A stretch of DNA of 64,000 nt. It comes from Mobula hypostoma (lineage: Eukaryota). The stretch spans positions 216,506,001 to 216,570,000 of the forward strand of contig NC_086097.1 of NCBI RefSeq assembly GCF_963921235.1, read 5' to 3'. The first letter of the stretch is position 1; each line of letters opens with the position of its first letter. The position numbers and the translations under genes were made by a program. The notes under the pieces were generated by a model. It was not told the DNA's origin. It ran no database searches and saw only the letters and a program-made list of their open reading frames with translations. Of this stretch, positions 26,085 through 39,025 are shown in pieces.

Positions 26085-26665
26085 GTCAGAAGCAATGTTG
26101 GCATTTATTTAAAGGGGAATAGAATATAAAAGCGAGGAGGTAATGCCCTTTATAAGACACTAGTCAGGCTGCACAGAGAGTTGTCAACAGTTTTGGGCCC
26201 ATATCTCAGAAAGGGTGTGTTGTCATTGCAAAGAGTCCAGAGGAGGTTGATGAGGATGATTTGGAAATGAAGGGGTTAACATATGAGGAGTGTTTGGCGG
26301 CTTTGGGCCTGTACTCACTGGAATTTAGAAGAATGCAGGGTGATCTCAATGAAGCCTACCGAACGTTGAAAGGACTAGATAGGGTGGATGTGGAGAGGGT
26401 GTTTCCTGTGGTGGGGTTATCCAAAACTAGAGGGCAAAGCCTCAAAATTGAGCGGCAACATTTTAGAACAGAAGTAAGGAATTTTTTTAGCGAAGGAGTG
26501 GTGAATCTGTAGAATGCTCTTCCACCGACTATGGTGGAGTCATAATCTGTGGGCATATTTAAGGCGGAAGTTATCAATGGATATGGCAAGAAGATAGGTG
26601 TGTGGAGTTGAGTGGCATCTGGGATCAGCCATGATGGAATGGCAGAGCAGCTGAACGGATTGAAT
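26085..26665 (+). mobile_element. CR1 LINE 3' fragment nested in the Tc1 element
   Basis: MKGLTYEECLAALGLYSLEFRRMQGDL interrupts the Tc1 5' region upstream of the transposase ATG. Confidence 0.85.
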
Positions 26666-26946
26666 TCAGCTGCTGGTGAGGCAGTATCCTGGGAAAACTA
26701 CACCATGAAGATAAAAGGACATTCCGTGAAAAGGTTATTGAAAAGCACAAGCCAGGAGATGGATATAAGAAAATTTCCAAGTCACTGACTATCCCTTGGA
26801 GTATAGTTAAGTCAGTCATCGAGAGATGGAAAGAATATGGCACAGCTGTAAATCTGCCTAGAGTAGGCCATCCTCAAAACTGAGTGTGCAAGAAGGGGTC
26901 TAGTGAGGGAGGCCACCAAGAAACCTATGACAACTCCGGGGAGTTA

Positions 26947-27312
26947 CAGGCTTCAGTAGCTGGGATGGGAGAGAGTGCATACAACAAAGTTTCACTGGCT
27001 GAGGTGAGAGAGGCGGTGCATACAACAAAGCTTCAGTGGCTGACATGGGAGAGATGGTGCGTACAACAAAGTTTCAGTGGCTGAGGTGAGAGAGACGGTG
27101 CGTACAACAAAGTTTCAGTGGCTGAGGTGGGAGAGGCGGTGCATACAACAAAGCTTCAGTGGCTGACATGGGAGAGATGGTGCGTACAACAAAGTTTCAG
27201 TGGCTGAGGTGGGAGAGGCGGTGCATACAACAAAGCTTCAGTAGCTGGGATGGGAGAGATGGTGCGTACAACAGAGCTTCAGTGGCTGACGTGGGAGAGA
27301 CGGTGCATACAA
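26947..27312 (+). repeat. 41-bp minisatellite, ~9 units
   Basis: Unit caaagYttcagtggctgaSRtgggagagRYggtgcRtacaa starts at 26985, 27026, 27067, 27108, 27149, 27190, 27231 and 27272, plus a partial unit at 26947. Confidence 0.95.
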
Positions 27313-29394
27313 CAACTGTTGCTCGGGTGCTTTACCAGTCGTGGCTTTATGGATGAGTGGCAAAGAAAAAAACCGTTGGGGAAAAAAAAACTCATGAAAT
27401 CTCAACTGTAGTTTGCCAGAAGGCATGCAGGAGATTCTGAAGTCAGCTGGAAGAATGTTCTATGGTCTGATGAAACCAAAATTGTGCTTTTAGGCCATCA
27501 ACCTAAACACTATGTTTGACATAAGCCAAAATCCGCACATCATCAAAAGCACACCTTCTACCATGAAGCATGGTGGTGGCTGCCACATGCTATGGGAATG
27601 CTTCACTGCTGCAGGCCCTGGAAAGCTTGAGAAGGTAGAGGGTAAAATGAATGCAGCAAAATACAGGGAAATCCTGGAGGAAAACCTGATGCAGTCTGCA
27701 AGAGACTTGTAACATGGGAGAAGATTTGTTTTCCAGCAAGATGATGACCCCAAGCATAAAGCCAGAACTATGCAGGAATGGCTTAAAAACAACAAAGTGA
27801 GGTCCTGGACTGGCCAAGTCAGAGTCCAGACCTCAATCCAATTGCGAATTTGTGGCTGGACTTGAAAAGGGCTGTTCACTCACGATCCTCGTGCAATCTG
27901 ACAGAGCTCGAGCAGTTTTCTAAAGAAGAATGAGGGAAAATGGTAGAGGGCAGGTGTGCAAAGCTGATCGGGATCTATCCACACAGACTCACAGCTGTAA
28001 TTGCTGACAAAGTTGCATCTACTAAATACTGACTTGAAGGGGGTGAGTAATCATGCAATCAATTGTTTTGTGTTTAATAAATTTTGACCAATTTGTAGAA
28101 ATTTGTTTTCACTTTGACACAAAAGATTATTTTCTGTTAATTAGTGCCAAAAAAAACAAATTAAATCCACTGAGATTCAATGCTGTAAAAACAATAAAAC
28201 ATGAAAACTTCCAAGGAAGTGAATTAATGGGCAATATAAATATGTCATCATGACATTTAATGGGCAATGTAAATATGTCATCATGACATTTGTCATTTCA
28301 CTCAGTCACGTATTGGATTTCTGTACTTGTACCCAAAAAAATACTTTTTTTCAGAACTTTTTTTTGAAAAAGTTCATTTGTTCAAGATTTATAGCTTTTA
28401 AGTTCAAGTTTAATGTCATCTAACTGCACGTATATACAACCCAACAGAAAGTTCCTCCAGACCATGGTTCACCCATACAACATGTATTACACACAGCATA
28501 TAAATCAAAATATTATTTTATAAACAAGTTGATAAAATATAATTTAAAATGCATGAAGTAAACAAGTAAATAGTACAATAAATAGCTGGCTGTCCTGGGG
28601 TCGAGACCTATTTAGAATAAGCTGCCTCGAATGGTTTCAGGAATTGAAAGGATGGTTTTAGGTTTTGATCACTTGTAGTTTTTGATCTGTTATTTCATTA
28701 ATTTAACTTTTCCATCTAAATAGCTTGCATAATGGAAACCATATTATAAAAACATAAAATCCTTTTAAACTATTACTAATTATCAGTTACACTTTCCACT
28801 ATTTATGCTACATACATTTTCTTGAAATTTTGAGAAATTATAGTTTGTTATGGTTAATGATGACCGGACATCTTCAGAAGTCTCCTAAATACTCTCCAAC
28901 GATATTTTGCTCTTGCTGCTTTTGGATCTGAGCCTCTTTCCTTATTCTCTTTCTGATAGCTCTGCTCATGCTCTGACTGACACATACCTGCTGCAGGTCA
29001 GTGACCCCTCTAAGAAGCTAATTGCTTTACAATTTGCTGTATTATTTTTGTATTGCAAGGATGAATTGCTTACTGTGTTATTATCATGAAGCAATGCAAG
29101 GATGTGCTTTTAACTTTTTCTCACCATTAGTGCAGATTGAAGGAACGAATGATTCAGGTCAATGATTTTGAGAATACTTGTATTTAATAATCACTCCTAG
29201 TTGCCCTTGATGTTGTCGTAAAGAATAATTATTTTCAAGTCGAGTTTGTGACACTACAAGTTGTGTTGAAATGTGATCTGAAGGTGTTGTACAAGGAAGT
29301 TTTTTTCTGAACAAATTGGAGATACTGAGTCAGAAACTTTGCTCTGAAAGTTGCACAGGACAAAGCCCCAGGAGATGGTAAAAGTTAGCTAAGA

Positions 29395-32300
29395 AAAGTG
29401 TGTGAATGCATCCAGTTGCAGCTTCTTGAAGACAGCGTTAGGGATCTGGAGCAGCAGCTGGATGATCTGTAACTTGTATGGGAGAGTGAGGAGATAATAA
29501 TCAGACGTGAACAGGACACCTGACTGTTACGTTGCCCCCCAGGTGCCAGGGTCAGGGACATCTCGGATCGTGTCCACAGCATTTTAGAGAGGGAGGGAGA
29601 GCAGCCAGATGTCTTGGTACATATTGGTACCAATGGCATAGGAAAGAAAAGCAATGAGATCCTGAAGAGAGAGCTCAGAGAGCTGAGAAGCAGGACTTCC
29701 AGGATAGTAATTTCTGTATTGCTACCTGTGCCACGTGCTAATAAGGGTAGAAGCAGGATAATTTGGCAGATAAATGCATGGCTGAAAAGCTGGTTCAGGG
29801 GATAGGGCTTTACTTTCATGGATCATTGAGATCTCTTCTTGGGGAGGTTTGACCTATACAAAAGGGACGGGTTGTATCTGAACCAGAGGGGGACCAATAT
29901 TCTCGCGGGCAGGTTTGTTAGAGCTGTTGGGGAGGGTTTAAACTAATTTGGCAGGGGGTGGGACCTGGAATGAAGGGACTCAAGATAGGACGTATGGTTA
30001 AAAAAGCAGAAATAGCATGCAGTCAGACTGTCAGAAAGAGCAGGCAGATGATAAGACAAAATTGCGGCCAACAGGATGAGTATCAGTGCATTAGGGATGT
30101 AAAATCAAAAAGGATAGCAAATACAGCACTCAATGTTAAATCTCAATGGAAGGAGTATAAGAAATAAGGTGGATGATCTTGTTGCACTGTTACAGATTGT
30201 CAGATATGGTGTTGTGACCATCACTGAATCATGGCTGAAGGATGATTGTAGTTGGGAGCTGAATGTCCAAGGTACACATTGTATCGGAGGGATGGAAAGC
30301 TAGGCAGAGGGGGTGGCAAGGCTCTGTTGGTAAAGAATGGTATCAAATCAGTAGAAAGATGTGACATAGGACCAGAAGACGTTGAATCCTTGTGGAATGA
30401 ATTAAGAAACCGCAAAGATAAAAGGACACTTGGCAGTTATATACAGGCCTCTCAACAGTAGCTGGGATGTGGACTGCAGATTACAACAGGGCATGTCAAA
30501 AGGGCCATGTTATGATAGTCATTGTATATTTTAACATGTGAAAATTAGGTCAGTAATGGATCTCAAGAGAGTGAGTTTGTTGAATGACTACAAGATAGCT
30601 TTTTAGGGCAATTTGTCGTTGACCCTACTAGGAGATCAACTATACTGGATTGGGTGTTATGTAATGAACCAGAGGAGATTAGGGAGCTTAAGGTAAAAGA
30701 ACCCTTAGGACCTGTGATCACAATATGATTGAGTTCAGTTTGAAATTGATAGGGAGAAATTAAAGTCCAACGTAACAGTCTTTCAGTGGAGTAAAGGAAA
30801 TTACAGTGGTCTGAGAGAGGAGCTGGCCAAAGTAAATTGGAAGGAGATGCTGGCAGGGATGACAGCAGAGCAGCAATTGAGTGAGTTTCTTGGAAAAATG
30901 AGGAAGGTGCTAGACAGATGTATTCCAAAAATGAAGAAATACTCAAATGGCAAAATAGTACAACTGTGGTTGACAAGGGAAGTCAAAGCTAATGTAAAAA
31001 CAAGAGAGGGCATACAACAAAGCAAAAATTAGCAGGAAGATAAAGGATTGGGAAGCTTTTAAAACCCTACACAGAGCAACTGAGAGAATCATTAGGATGG
31101 AAAAGACAAAATATGAAAGCAGGCTAGAAAACAATATCAAAGCGGATAGTAAAAGCTTTTTCAAGTATGTAAAAAAAAGAGAGATGAGAGTGGAAATAGG
31201 ACCACTAGAAAATGAGGCCGGAGAAATAATAATGGGAGACAAGGAGATGGCTGATGAGCTTAATGAGTATTTTGCATCAGTCTTCACTGTGGAAGACACT
31301 AGCAGTGTGCCTGATGTTACAGTTTGTGAAGGAAGACAAGTGAATGCAATTACTCTTACAAGGGAGAAGGTGCTCAAAAAGCTGAAAGACCTGATATAGG
31401 TCATCCGGACCAGATAAACTGTACCCTATGGTTCTGAAAGAGTTAACAGTAGAGCTTGTGGAGGCGTTAGCAATGATCTTTCAAAAATCATTGGACTCTG
31501 GCATGGTGCCAGAGGACTGGAAAATTGCAAATGTCACTCCACTCTAAGAAAGGTGAAAGGCAGCAGAAAGGAAATTATAGACCAGTTAGTGTGACCTCAG
31601 TGGTTGGGAAGATGTTGGAGGCAATTGTTAAAGATGAGGTTATGAAGTACTTGGTGACACAGGACAAGGTAGGACAAAGGCAGCATGGTTTCCTTAAGGG
31701 AAAATCTTCCCTGATGAACCTGTTGGAATTCTTTGAGGAGATTATAAGTAGGATAGATAAAAGGGATACCGTGAATGTTGTATATTTGGACTTTCAGAAG
31801 GCCTTTGACAAGGTGCCACACATGAGGCTGCTTACCAAGTTAAGAGCCCAAGGTATTACAGGAAAGTTGCTAACCTGGTTAGAACATTGGCTGATTGGTA
31901 GGCAGTGAGTGGGAATAAAAGGATCTTTTTCTGGTTGGCTGCCAGTGACTAGTGGTGTTCTGCAGCGGTTGGTGTTGGGACCACATTTTTCATGCGGTAT
32001 ATCCATGATTTAGATGATGGAATAGATGGTTTTGTTGCCAAGTTTGCAGATGATACAAAGATTGGTGGGGGGCAGGTAGTGCTGAGGAAACAGACACACT
32101 GCAGAAGGATTTAGACACAATGGGCAAAAAGTGGCAGATGAAATACAATGTTGGAAAATGCTTGGTCATGCACTTTGATGGTAGAAATGAATATGCAGAC
32201 TATTTTCTAAACGGGGAGAAAATCCAAAAATCTGAGATGCAAAGGGACTTGGAAGTCCTTGTGCAGAACACCCTAAAGGTTAACTTGCAGGTAGAGTCGG

Positions 32301-32778
32301 TGGTGAGGAAGGCAAATGCCATGTTACCCTTCATTTGAAGAGGTCTAGAATACAAGAGCAGGGATATGATGTTGAGGCTTTATAAGGTACTGGTGAGTCC
32401 TCACCTTGAGTATTGTGAACAATTTTGGGCTGCTCATCTAGGAAAAGATGTGCTGGCATTGGAGAGGGTCCAGAGGTGGATCACAAAGATGATTCCGGGA
32501 ATGAAAGGGTTATCAAATGAAGAACATCTGATGGCTCTTGTTCTGTACTCGCTGAAATTTAGAAGGGTGGGGGGGGAATCTCATTCAAACCTTTAGAATT
32601 TTGAAAGGCCTAGACAATGTGGAAAGCATGTTTCCCTTGGTGGGAGTGTCTAGGACAAGAGGGGAGAAGGCCGGGTAGTTGGGGTTGACGAGGGGGTAAA
32701 AAGATCAGCTATGATTGAATGGCGGGGCAGACTCGATGGGCTAAATGGCCTAATTCTGCTCCAATGTCTTACAATCTT
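29395..32778 (+). mobile_element. CR1 LINE, second family, degenerate with deletions
   Basis: SGNH-type VHIGTNGIG, endonuclease remnants, RT YLDFQKAFDKVPH, and a CR1 3' UTR. Confidence 0.92.
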
Positions 32779-32794
32779 AGGATCTCTAAAACTA

Positions 32795-34272
32795 ATTGGA
32801 TTTATTATCACCAGCATGTGACATGAAATTTATTAACTTAGCAGCAGCAGTTCAATGCAATACATAATCTAGCAGAGGGAAAAATAATAATAAATAAAAT
32901 AAATAAACAAGTAAATCAATTACATATATTGAATAGATTTTTTTTTAATGCAAAAACAGAAATACTGTATATTTTTTTTAAAAAAGTGAGGTAGTGTTCA
33001 AAGGTTCAATGTCCATCTGGGAATCGGATGGCAGTGGGGAAGAAGCTGTTCCTGAATTGCTGAGTGTGTGCCTTCAGTCTTCTGTATCTCCTACCTGATG
33101 GTAACAGTGAGAAAAGGGCATGCCCTGAGTGCTGGAGGTCCTTAATAATGGATGCTGCCTTTCTGTGACACTGCTCCCTAAAGATGTCCTGGGTACTTTG
33201 TAGGCTAGTACCCAAGTTGGAGCTGACTAGATTTACAATCTCCTGCAGCTTCATTTGGTCCTGTGCAGTAGCCCCTCCATACCAGACAGTGATGCAGCCT
33301 GTCAGAATGTTCTCCACGGTACAACTATAGGAGTTTTTGAGTGTATTTGTTGACATGCCAAATTTCTTCAAACTCCTAATAAAGTGTAGCAACTGCCTTA
33401 CCTTCTTTATAACTACATCGATATGTTGGGACCAGGTTAGATCCCCAGAGATCTTCACACCCAGGAACCTGAAACTGCTCACTTTCTCCACTTCTGATCC
33501 CTCTATGAGGGATTGGTATGTGTTCTTTTGTCTTATTTATGTTGAGTGCCAGGTTATTGCTGCGGCACCACTCCAATAGTTGGCATATCTCACTCCTGTA
33601 CACCCTCTCGTCGCCACCTGCGATTCTACCAACAATGGTTGTATCCTCAGCAAATTTATTGATGGTATTTGAGCTATGCCTGGCCACGCAGTCATCTGTA
33701 TATAGAGAGTAGAGCAGTGGGCTAAGCACACACCCCTGAGGTGCGCCAGTGTTGATCATCAGCGAGGAGGATATGTTATCACCAATCCGCACAGATTGTG
33801 GTCTTTCGGTTAAGAAGTCGAGGATCCAATTACAGAGGCCCAGGTTCTGCAACTTCTCAATCAGGATTGTGGGAATGATGGTATTAAATGCTGAGCTATA
33901 GTTGATGAACAGCATCCTGGTATAGGTGTTTGTGTTGTCCAGGTGGTTAAAACCATGTGGAGAACTGTTAAGATTTAGTCTGCCGTTGACCTATTGCGGC
34001 GATAGGCAAATTGCAATGGGTCCAGGTCCTTGCTGAAGCAGGAGTTCAGTCTAGTCATGACCAGCCTCTCGAGGCATTTCATCACTGTCGATGTGAGTGC
34101 TACCGGGCGATAGTCATTATTTTTCTTCGGTACTGGTATAATTGTTGCCTTTTTGAAGCAAGTGGGAACTTCCGCCCGTAGCAGTGAGAGGTTGAAAATA
34201 TTCTTGAATACTCCCACTAGTTGGTTGGCACAGGTTTTCAGAGCCTTACCAGGTACTCCATCGGGACCTTCT
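32795..34272 (-). mobile_element. Rex1/Babar LINE, 5'-truncated
   Basis: [62 protein letters not shown]. Confidence 0.92.
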
Positions 34273-36306
34273 TTATTTTGATTGTAAACTGTTGAATGTT
34301 AAAATTTGCCCAATTTTTACATAAAGGTGTTCCATTTGTACAAAAGCTAGTTAAGTTCTTAAAAAGTAGTTGTGCTTGTCAAAAAGTCCAAGCAAAAGAG
34401 CACAAATTCTTGGGGCAAGAAAAGTGCAGGAAATGTTTATCTGGTCAGTCATATGGGGTCTGAGCTCACTTGTCATGACTATAAAGCTTTAAAGGGAAAA
34501 AAGAGACAAATATTGTAATAAAATATACTGATATTAGGCAGTGTCTGTGGATTTAGAAACAAAATTAACACTTTAAATTGAAGATTTTGTGTTAGAATCT
34601 ATTGCTCAAGATTCCTTCTCCACATATGCTGTCTTTCCTAAGTATTTTCAGCAGCTTTTTTTTTCACTCCAGGTATCTTTTCTGATGTTGGATGTGATTT
34701 GCCAGTATTTATTTGGTTAAATTGTTATACTCATTGTTTTTCTGTTGCTTAACACCCTATTGCCATTTTCACATACGTACCTACAGAACCACTCTTCTAA
34801 ACAGCTGTAGAATTTTGTGCCTTTTCAACCCCATCTAATTGTACAGTGAGATAAATTTCCCTTGAGAAATTGGTCACCATTTGTTTCTTGTTACAATATT
34901 GAAAAGTGGACCTGAGTCCTAGTAGCGGCCTCAAAAAATCACTGCAGGGGCATTGATATTGGTGCCTTAATTGGAGTATTAGAGGTTTCTTACCGAAAGG
35001 GCAATAATTGCCTAGCCCCACTGGTGATGGAATTGGTTAAGTTTTGACCAATCGTGAGCCCATCTTTTTTTAATATATCAGGTAATGGCTTATTTTTTAA
35101 TATATCAGGTATTTATATCTGACAGGTTGCAACATTTGATCCTTCATTGTCTAAAGTGCATAAACTCTTCAGGTGACATGCATTTTGAAGACCCTTTGAA
35201 ACAAATGTGATGCAAGTAACATTTTTAAGACTTCTTACTCGGACTTTTGAGCATTTCATATTTGAGCCTGTTATGCATAATTTGCAGATTTTACCACTTC
35301 ATCTTAAAATTGAATGGAGAAACTTGATTGAAAGACTGCTAGTACTTACCATTTTGCTACCAAATACTACGGCTTATTATATGCCTCCTGAAAAACTATG
35401 GCATGCTGTTCAAATTCTGAACTAAGTTTGTTTTTGTAATAGGCACAGCAAAATTGAAGAAACTACTTGTAGTTTAAGTGTAATTTGAGTATTTCTGACA
35501 TAACAGGTGTGGTTTTCCTTATGGTATACTGGTGATAGTGGCAGTGCAAAATTAACTCAATAAGACTTTTAATGGCTAACACATGAACTGTAGAAACATG
35601 ATTGATTTAATTTATTAGAAATAATTTGCAGATTCCCTTTCATTTTGTGTTAAGCTGGATAATGAGAGAATAGATGCAAAAGAGATTCAATTACCGATTA
35701 TAATAAATGTGCATCTCTACAGTTGTAAGACTTGATCCTTTACAGGCAAGGTATGAGGACTGGTTGAAATATAATTCACTTAAAATCATTGGTGATTGGG
35801 AATTAATATCAGGTGCTTTTGACATAAACTGACAGTGGAAGAGTGCAAAAGTCCCAGGAGACTTAAGTGTAGGATAACAAATAGCACAAATCACCTGTGT
35901 CCTTATTTTCTCTACTTCTGCACTAATGAATCGTGTACATTAGAATCTCTAGGTTTTAGGATAAGATGTGCCTAATGCTTTTAAGTGCTGAGGGGTCAGG
36001 AGAAATTTTATTAATAGATTAATTGATTGTCAGGTTTCTTGTACTGGAAGTAAAAAAAATTTCTGCCCAGTGAATGATATTATCCATGAAAAAGAAGCTT
36101 CACATTACTATCCACAGGGACATTATTTTTAAGAACCTTGTTACATAATAATTAAGGAATCATCAGCTATTCTATAGCTAAGCTCCAAAATAATATGCTC
36201 AGCATTTTAAGCACTCTATCATTCAATATGTACTGATTTTGAGAAGGTTTTTTTTTTTAAATTTATTATGATAACTGAATAATTAGTCTTAAAACATCTT
36301 TGACAG

Positions 36307-36428
36307 ATTCTTCATAGCCCTAGAGAAGTTGCTCAGAATTCATCCGAAGCACAGAATGGTGAAGTTGCTTCCCTGGCTGATGTGGGTTGGATTGCTGGTG
36401 AACAAGTTGATTCATTTGCAAAACTGAG
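36307..36428 (+). CDS. MTFR1: MTFR1 coding exon 3 (122 bp)
   Basis: tttgacag|ATT CTT...CTG AG|gtatat, giving ILHSPREVAQNSSEAQNGEVASLADVGWIAGEQVDSFAKL(R). Conserved ASxADVGW motif. Confidence 0.9.
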
Positions 36429-36471
36429 GTATATTTTCTCATCCTCCTTTGGGTTTAAAGCCTTCTATATA

Positions 36472-37224
36472 CACTGGATGCTGGTTAATTGGGACACATG
36501 GGGACCAGTACATTTTGGCCCAGTTAAGAGGCTGCCCCAATTATCCAAATTTTCCTGGAAATAGAATGCATAACAAAGACAAATGACCCTTTAACTGAGT
36601 AACAAATTATGCATTTAAATGAAATGCAAAACAATTTTGAACACTACCAATACTACTACAGTATTATAAAACTATATTAATTTCTAATGATTACTGACGG
36701 AAAATTCATCGCTGCCATGTTCTGTTGATTGACTGTAAATGAACGAAATCAGCACAGATACCTAGTGCAGATAATGGACTATTTTTATTGCCTTTGTGCA
36801 TAAAGTCAAAACAAAAATCAAAAGTATCAAAAATCAGTGCATCCTTCAGCCCAAACGCATAACATAATACAAGCATACGCAACTGATGCTATTTTTAAAA
36901 CTGTTCGCTCTGTAATGGTTATTTCTGACATCTCCAGGCCTGAATGCTTGAAACCACAGTGAGCAAAACAGTTCTGAATTGTTGCTTATCTCTCACTATC
37001 AGTGACAAAAATTACTGCTTTTTGAACACAAACACATGCATGTGAAACTATTTTTTTTTTAAACTGTTCGCCCCAAGCACGGTGTAGAGTCTAACTACCA
37101 GGCAAATGCATACAACTGACGCTGATTAGAAACTGTTTGGCAAATCAAAGAAAATCATGGCTATTTTCTTAATTAGTTTTTGTTCTTTAAGTGTTGTCCC
37201 AATTCGATTAACTGGAATCTACTG
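36472..37224. mobile_element. Tc1/mariner-type MITE (family of 872-1223)
   Basis: TA|cactggatgctggttaattggg ... ttaactggaatctactg|TA, 44 bp downstream of an MTFR1 exon donor. Confidence 0.75.
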
Positions 37225-38314
37225 TAGTATATAGTTTTTTTTTCCGTATTGACCATTACAGTTCCTAAACTGGGCAGGAACTCAGCAATCCTTCAGGTAT
37301 GTCTTTCACAGTGAGTTTATGGCACTGAAATATAGCAACTGGATTTTTGAATATGCCGCCTTTTTGCATCTTTCACTATCTTACAATCCTTTACAAAATT
37401 TTGCAATTATTTTATATTTCAAGAGTTGGTGTAACAACAGAATCTATAAATACATTAAATAGGTGTTTAACATTTTAGAAAATCTGTGCACCTTACTCAA
37501 AATTAATGTGCACAGTTTGTTGAAAGTCTAGTTGAAGTTAGGATAATCCACAGCATTTCTTATTATATTTTGTTAGGACACTAATATACCAAAAATTTTA
37601 GTTGAACCTGCAAATGAAATTTGTTGTGTACAAAATTAAGTCAGTTTGTTCTATATGAGAAAGGACCATTGACCAGCAATTGTCCCCTTCTCTCTCCTTC
37701 CAATCTACAAAGTCCTCCAACATACATCCAGACCCCATCACCCGGTTTCTTTCACCTTCCTCACCAATGCAATCGGCCATCACCCACATTGTCCTCTTAT
37801 TGGTCCCTTTCCTTTCACTGTTCTGATCTGCTCACCCCAACTGCTTAATTTAGCTCCATACTCCATCCTTTCATATCAGATTCCATATTTGCAGCCCTTT
37901 GTTGTCTTCATCTATCTCCTCCCAGCCTCTACTGCTTCCTTCTCCCACTTTACTCCATCTGTCAATTACCTCTATTCACCTGGATCCACCTACTTTTTGC
38001 TTGCCCTTTCCCCTTCACGTCTTTATACTCTTCCATTCCACATGAAAGGTCTCAACCTGGGAGTCAGCCACCCTTGTCCCTCTACGTATGCTGCTGGGTT
38101 CATTTTGATTTGTTTTTGCAAATCCCAGTCTCTTTACACTGGTTATTTACTATCATACAGTTTGTTTTGAAACTATTGCAATAAAGCCTGTGTATACCCA
38201 GCTAAATTGCACTTTTAAGCAAAATGCCAGTGGAAAATATGATTTCCTGAGATTTGGTTATGTTCTATCAAATTAGTTGATGCATTCCTGTAATCTTTAT
38301 GCACATACACTTTA

Positions 38315-38948
38315 ATGTAAACACACAGAAATCTGCAGATGCTGGAAATTCAAGCAACACACATAAACAATGCTGGTAAACGCAGCAGGCCAGGCAGCAT
38401 CTATAGAAAGAGGTCCAGTCGACGTTTCGAGCCAGGACCCTTTGTCAGGACTAACTGAAAGAAGAGATAGAAAGAGATTTGAAAGTGGGAGGGGGTGATC
38501 CGAAATGATAGGAGAAGACAAGAGGGGGAGGGATGGAGCTAAGAGCTGGAAAGTTGATTGGCAAAAGGGATACGAGATTGGAGAGAGAAAAAAATCTTAC
38601 CCCGACCCTTATTCTCTCTTTTTCTCCCTCTGTCCCTCTCACTATAACTCCTTGCCCATGTTCTGGGCTCCCCTCCCCTTTCTTTCTCCCTAGGCCTCCC
38701 ATCCCATGATCCTCTCCCTTCTCCAGCCTCGTATCCCTTTTGCCAATCAACTTTCCAGCTCTTAGCTCCATCCGTCCCCCTCCTGTCTTCTCCTATCATT
38801 TCGGATCCCCCTCCCACTTTCAAATCTCTTTCTATCTCTTCTTTCAGTTAGTCCTGACGAAGGGTCCTGGCCCGAAACGTCGACTGTATCTCTTTCTATA
38901 GATGCTGCCTGGCCTGCTGCGTTCACCAGCATTTTTTATGTGTGTTAC
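38315..38948. mobile_element. Inverted Penelope pLTR pair (fold-back) with hammerhead ribozyme motifs
   Basis: Arms ~38357-38590 and ~38710-38946 are near-perfect reverse complements. 9-bp TSD tacacttta at 38306-38314 and 38949-38957. Confidence 0.85.
38849..38886 (+). ncRNA. Minimal type I hammerhead ribozyme motif (Penelope-associated)
   Basis: tagtc-CTGACGA-a-gggt cctg gccc-GAAA-cGTC^gactg. Core boxes, stem II, GUC cleavage triplet and stem I pairing are present; helix III is palindromic. Confidence 0.7.
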
Positions 38949-39025
38949 TACACTTTATATTTTCATTTCTATTTTTGATAAAGCATAACAGTTTGACATC
39001 TAGCCAAAATAATAATAAAACCACA

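Noticed and set aside
26947..27312. Regular repeat array resembling a CRISPR array
   Set aside because: Units are contiguous with no unique spacers, derive from a Tc1 transposase, and lie in a eukaryotic intron.
35060..35112. Short local tandem duplications (also 54457-54500)
   Set aside because: Ordinary two-copy slippage duplications with no further structure.
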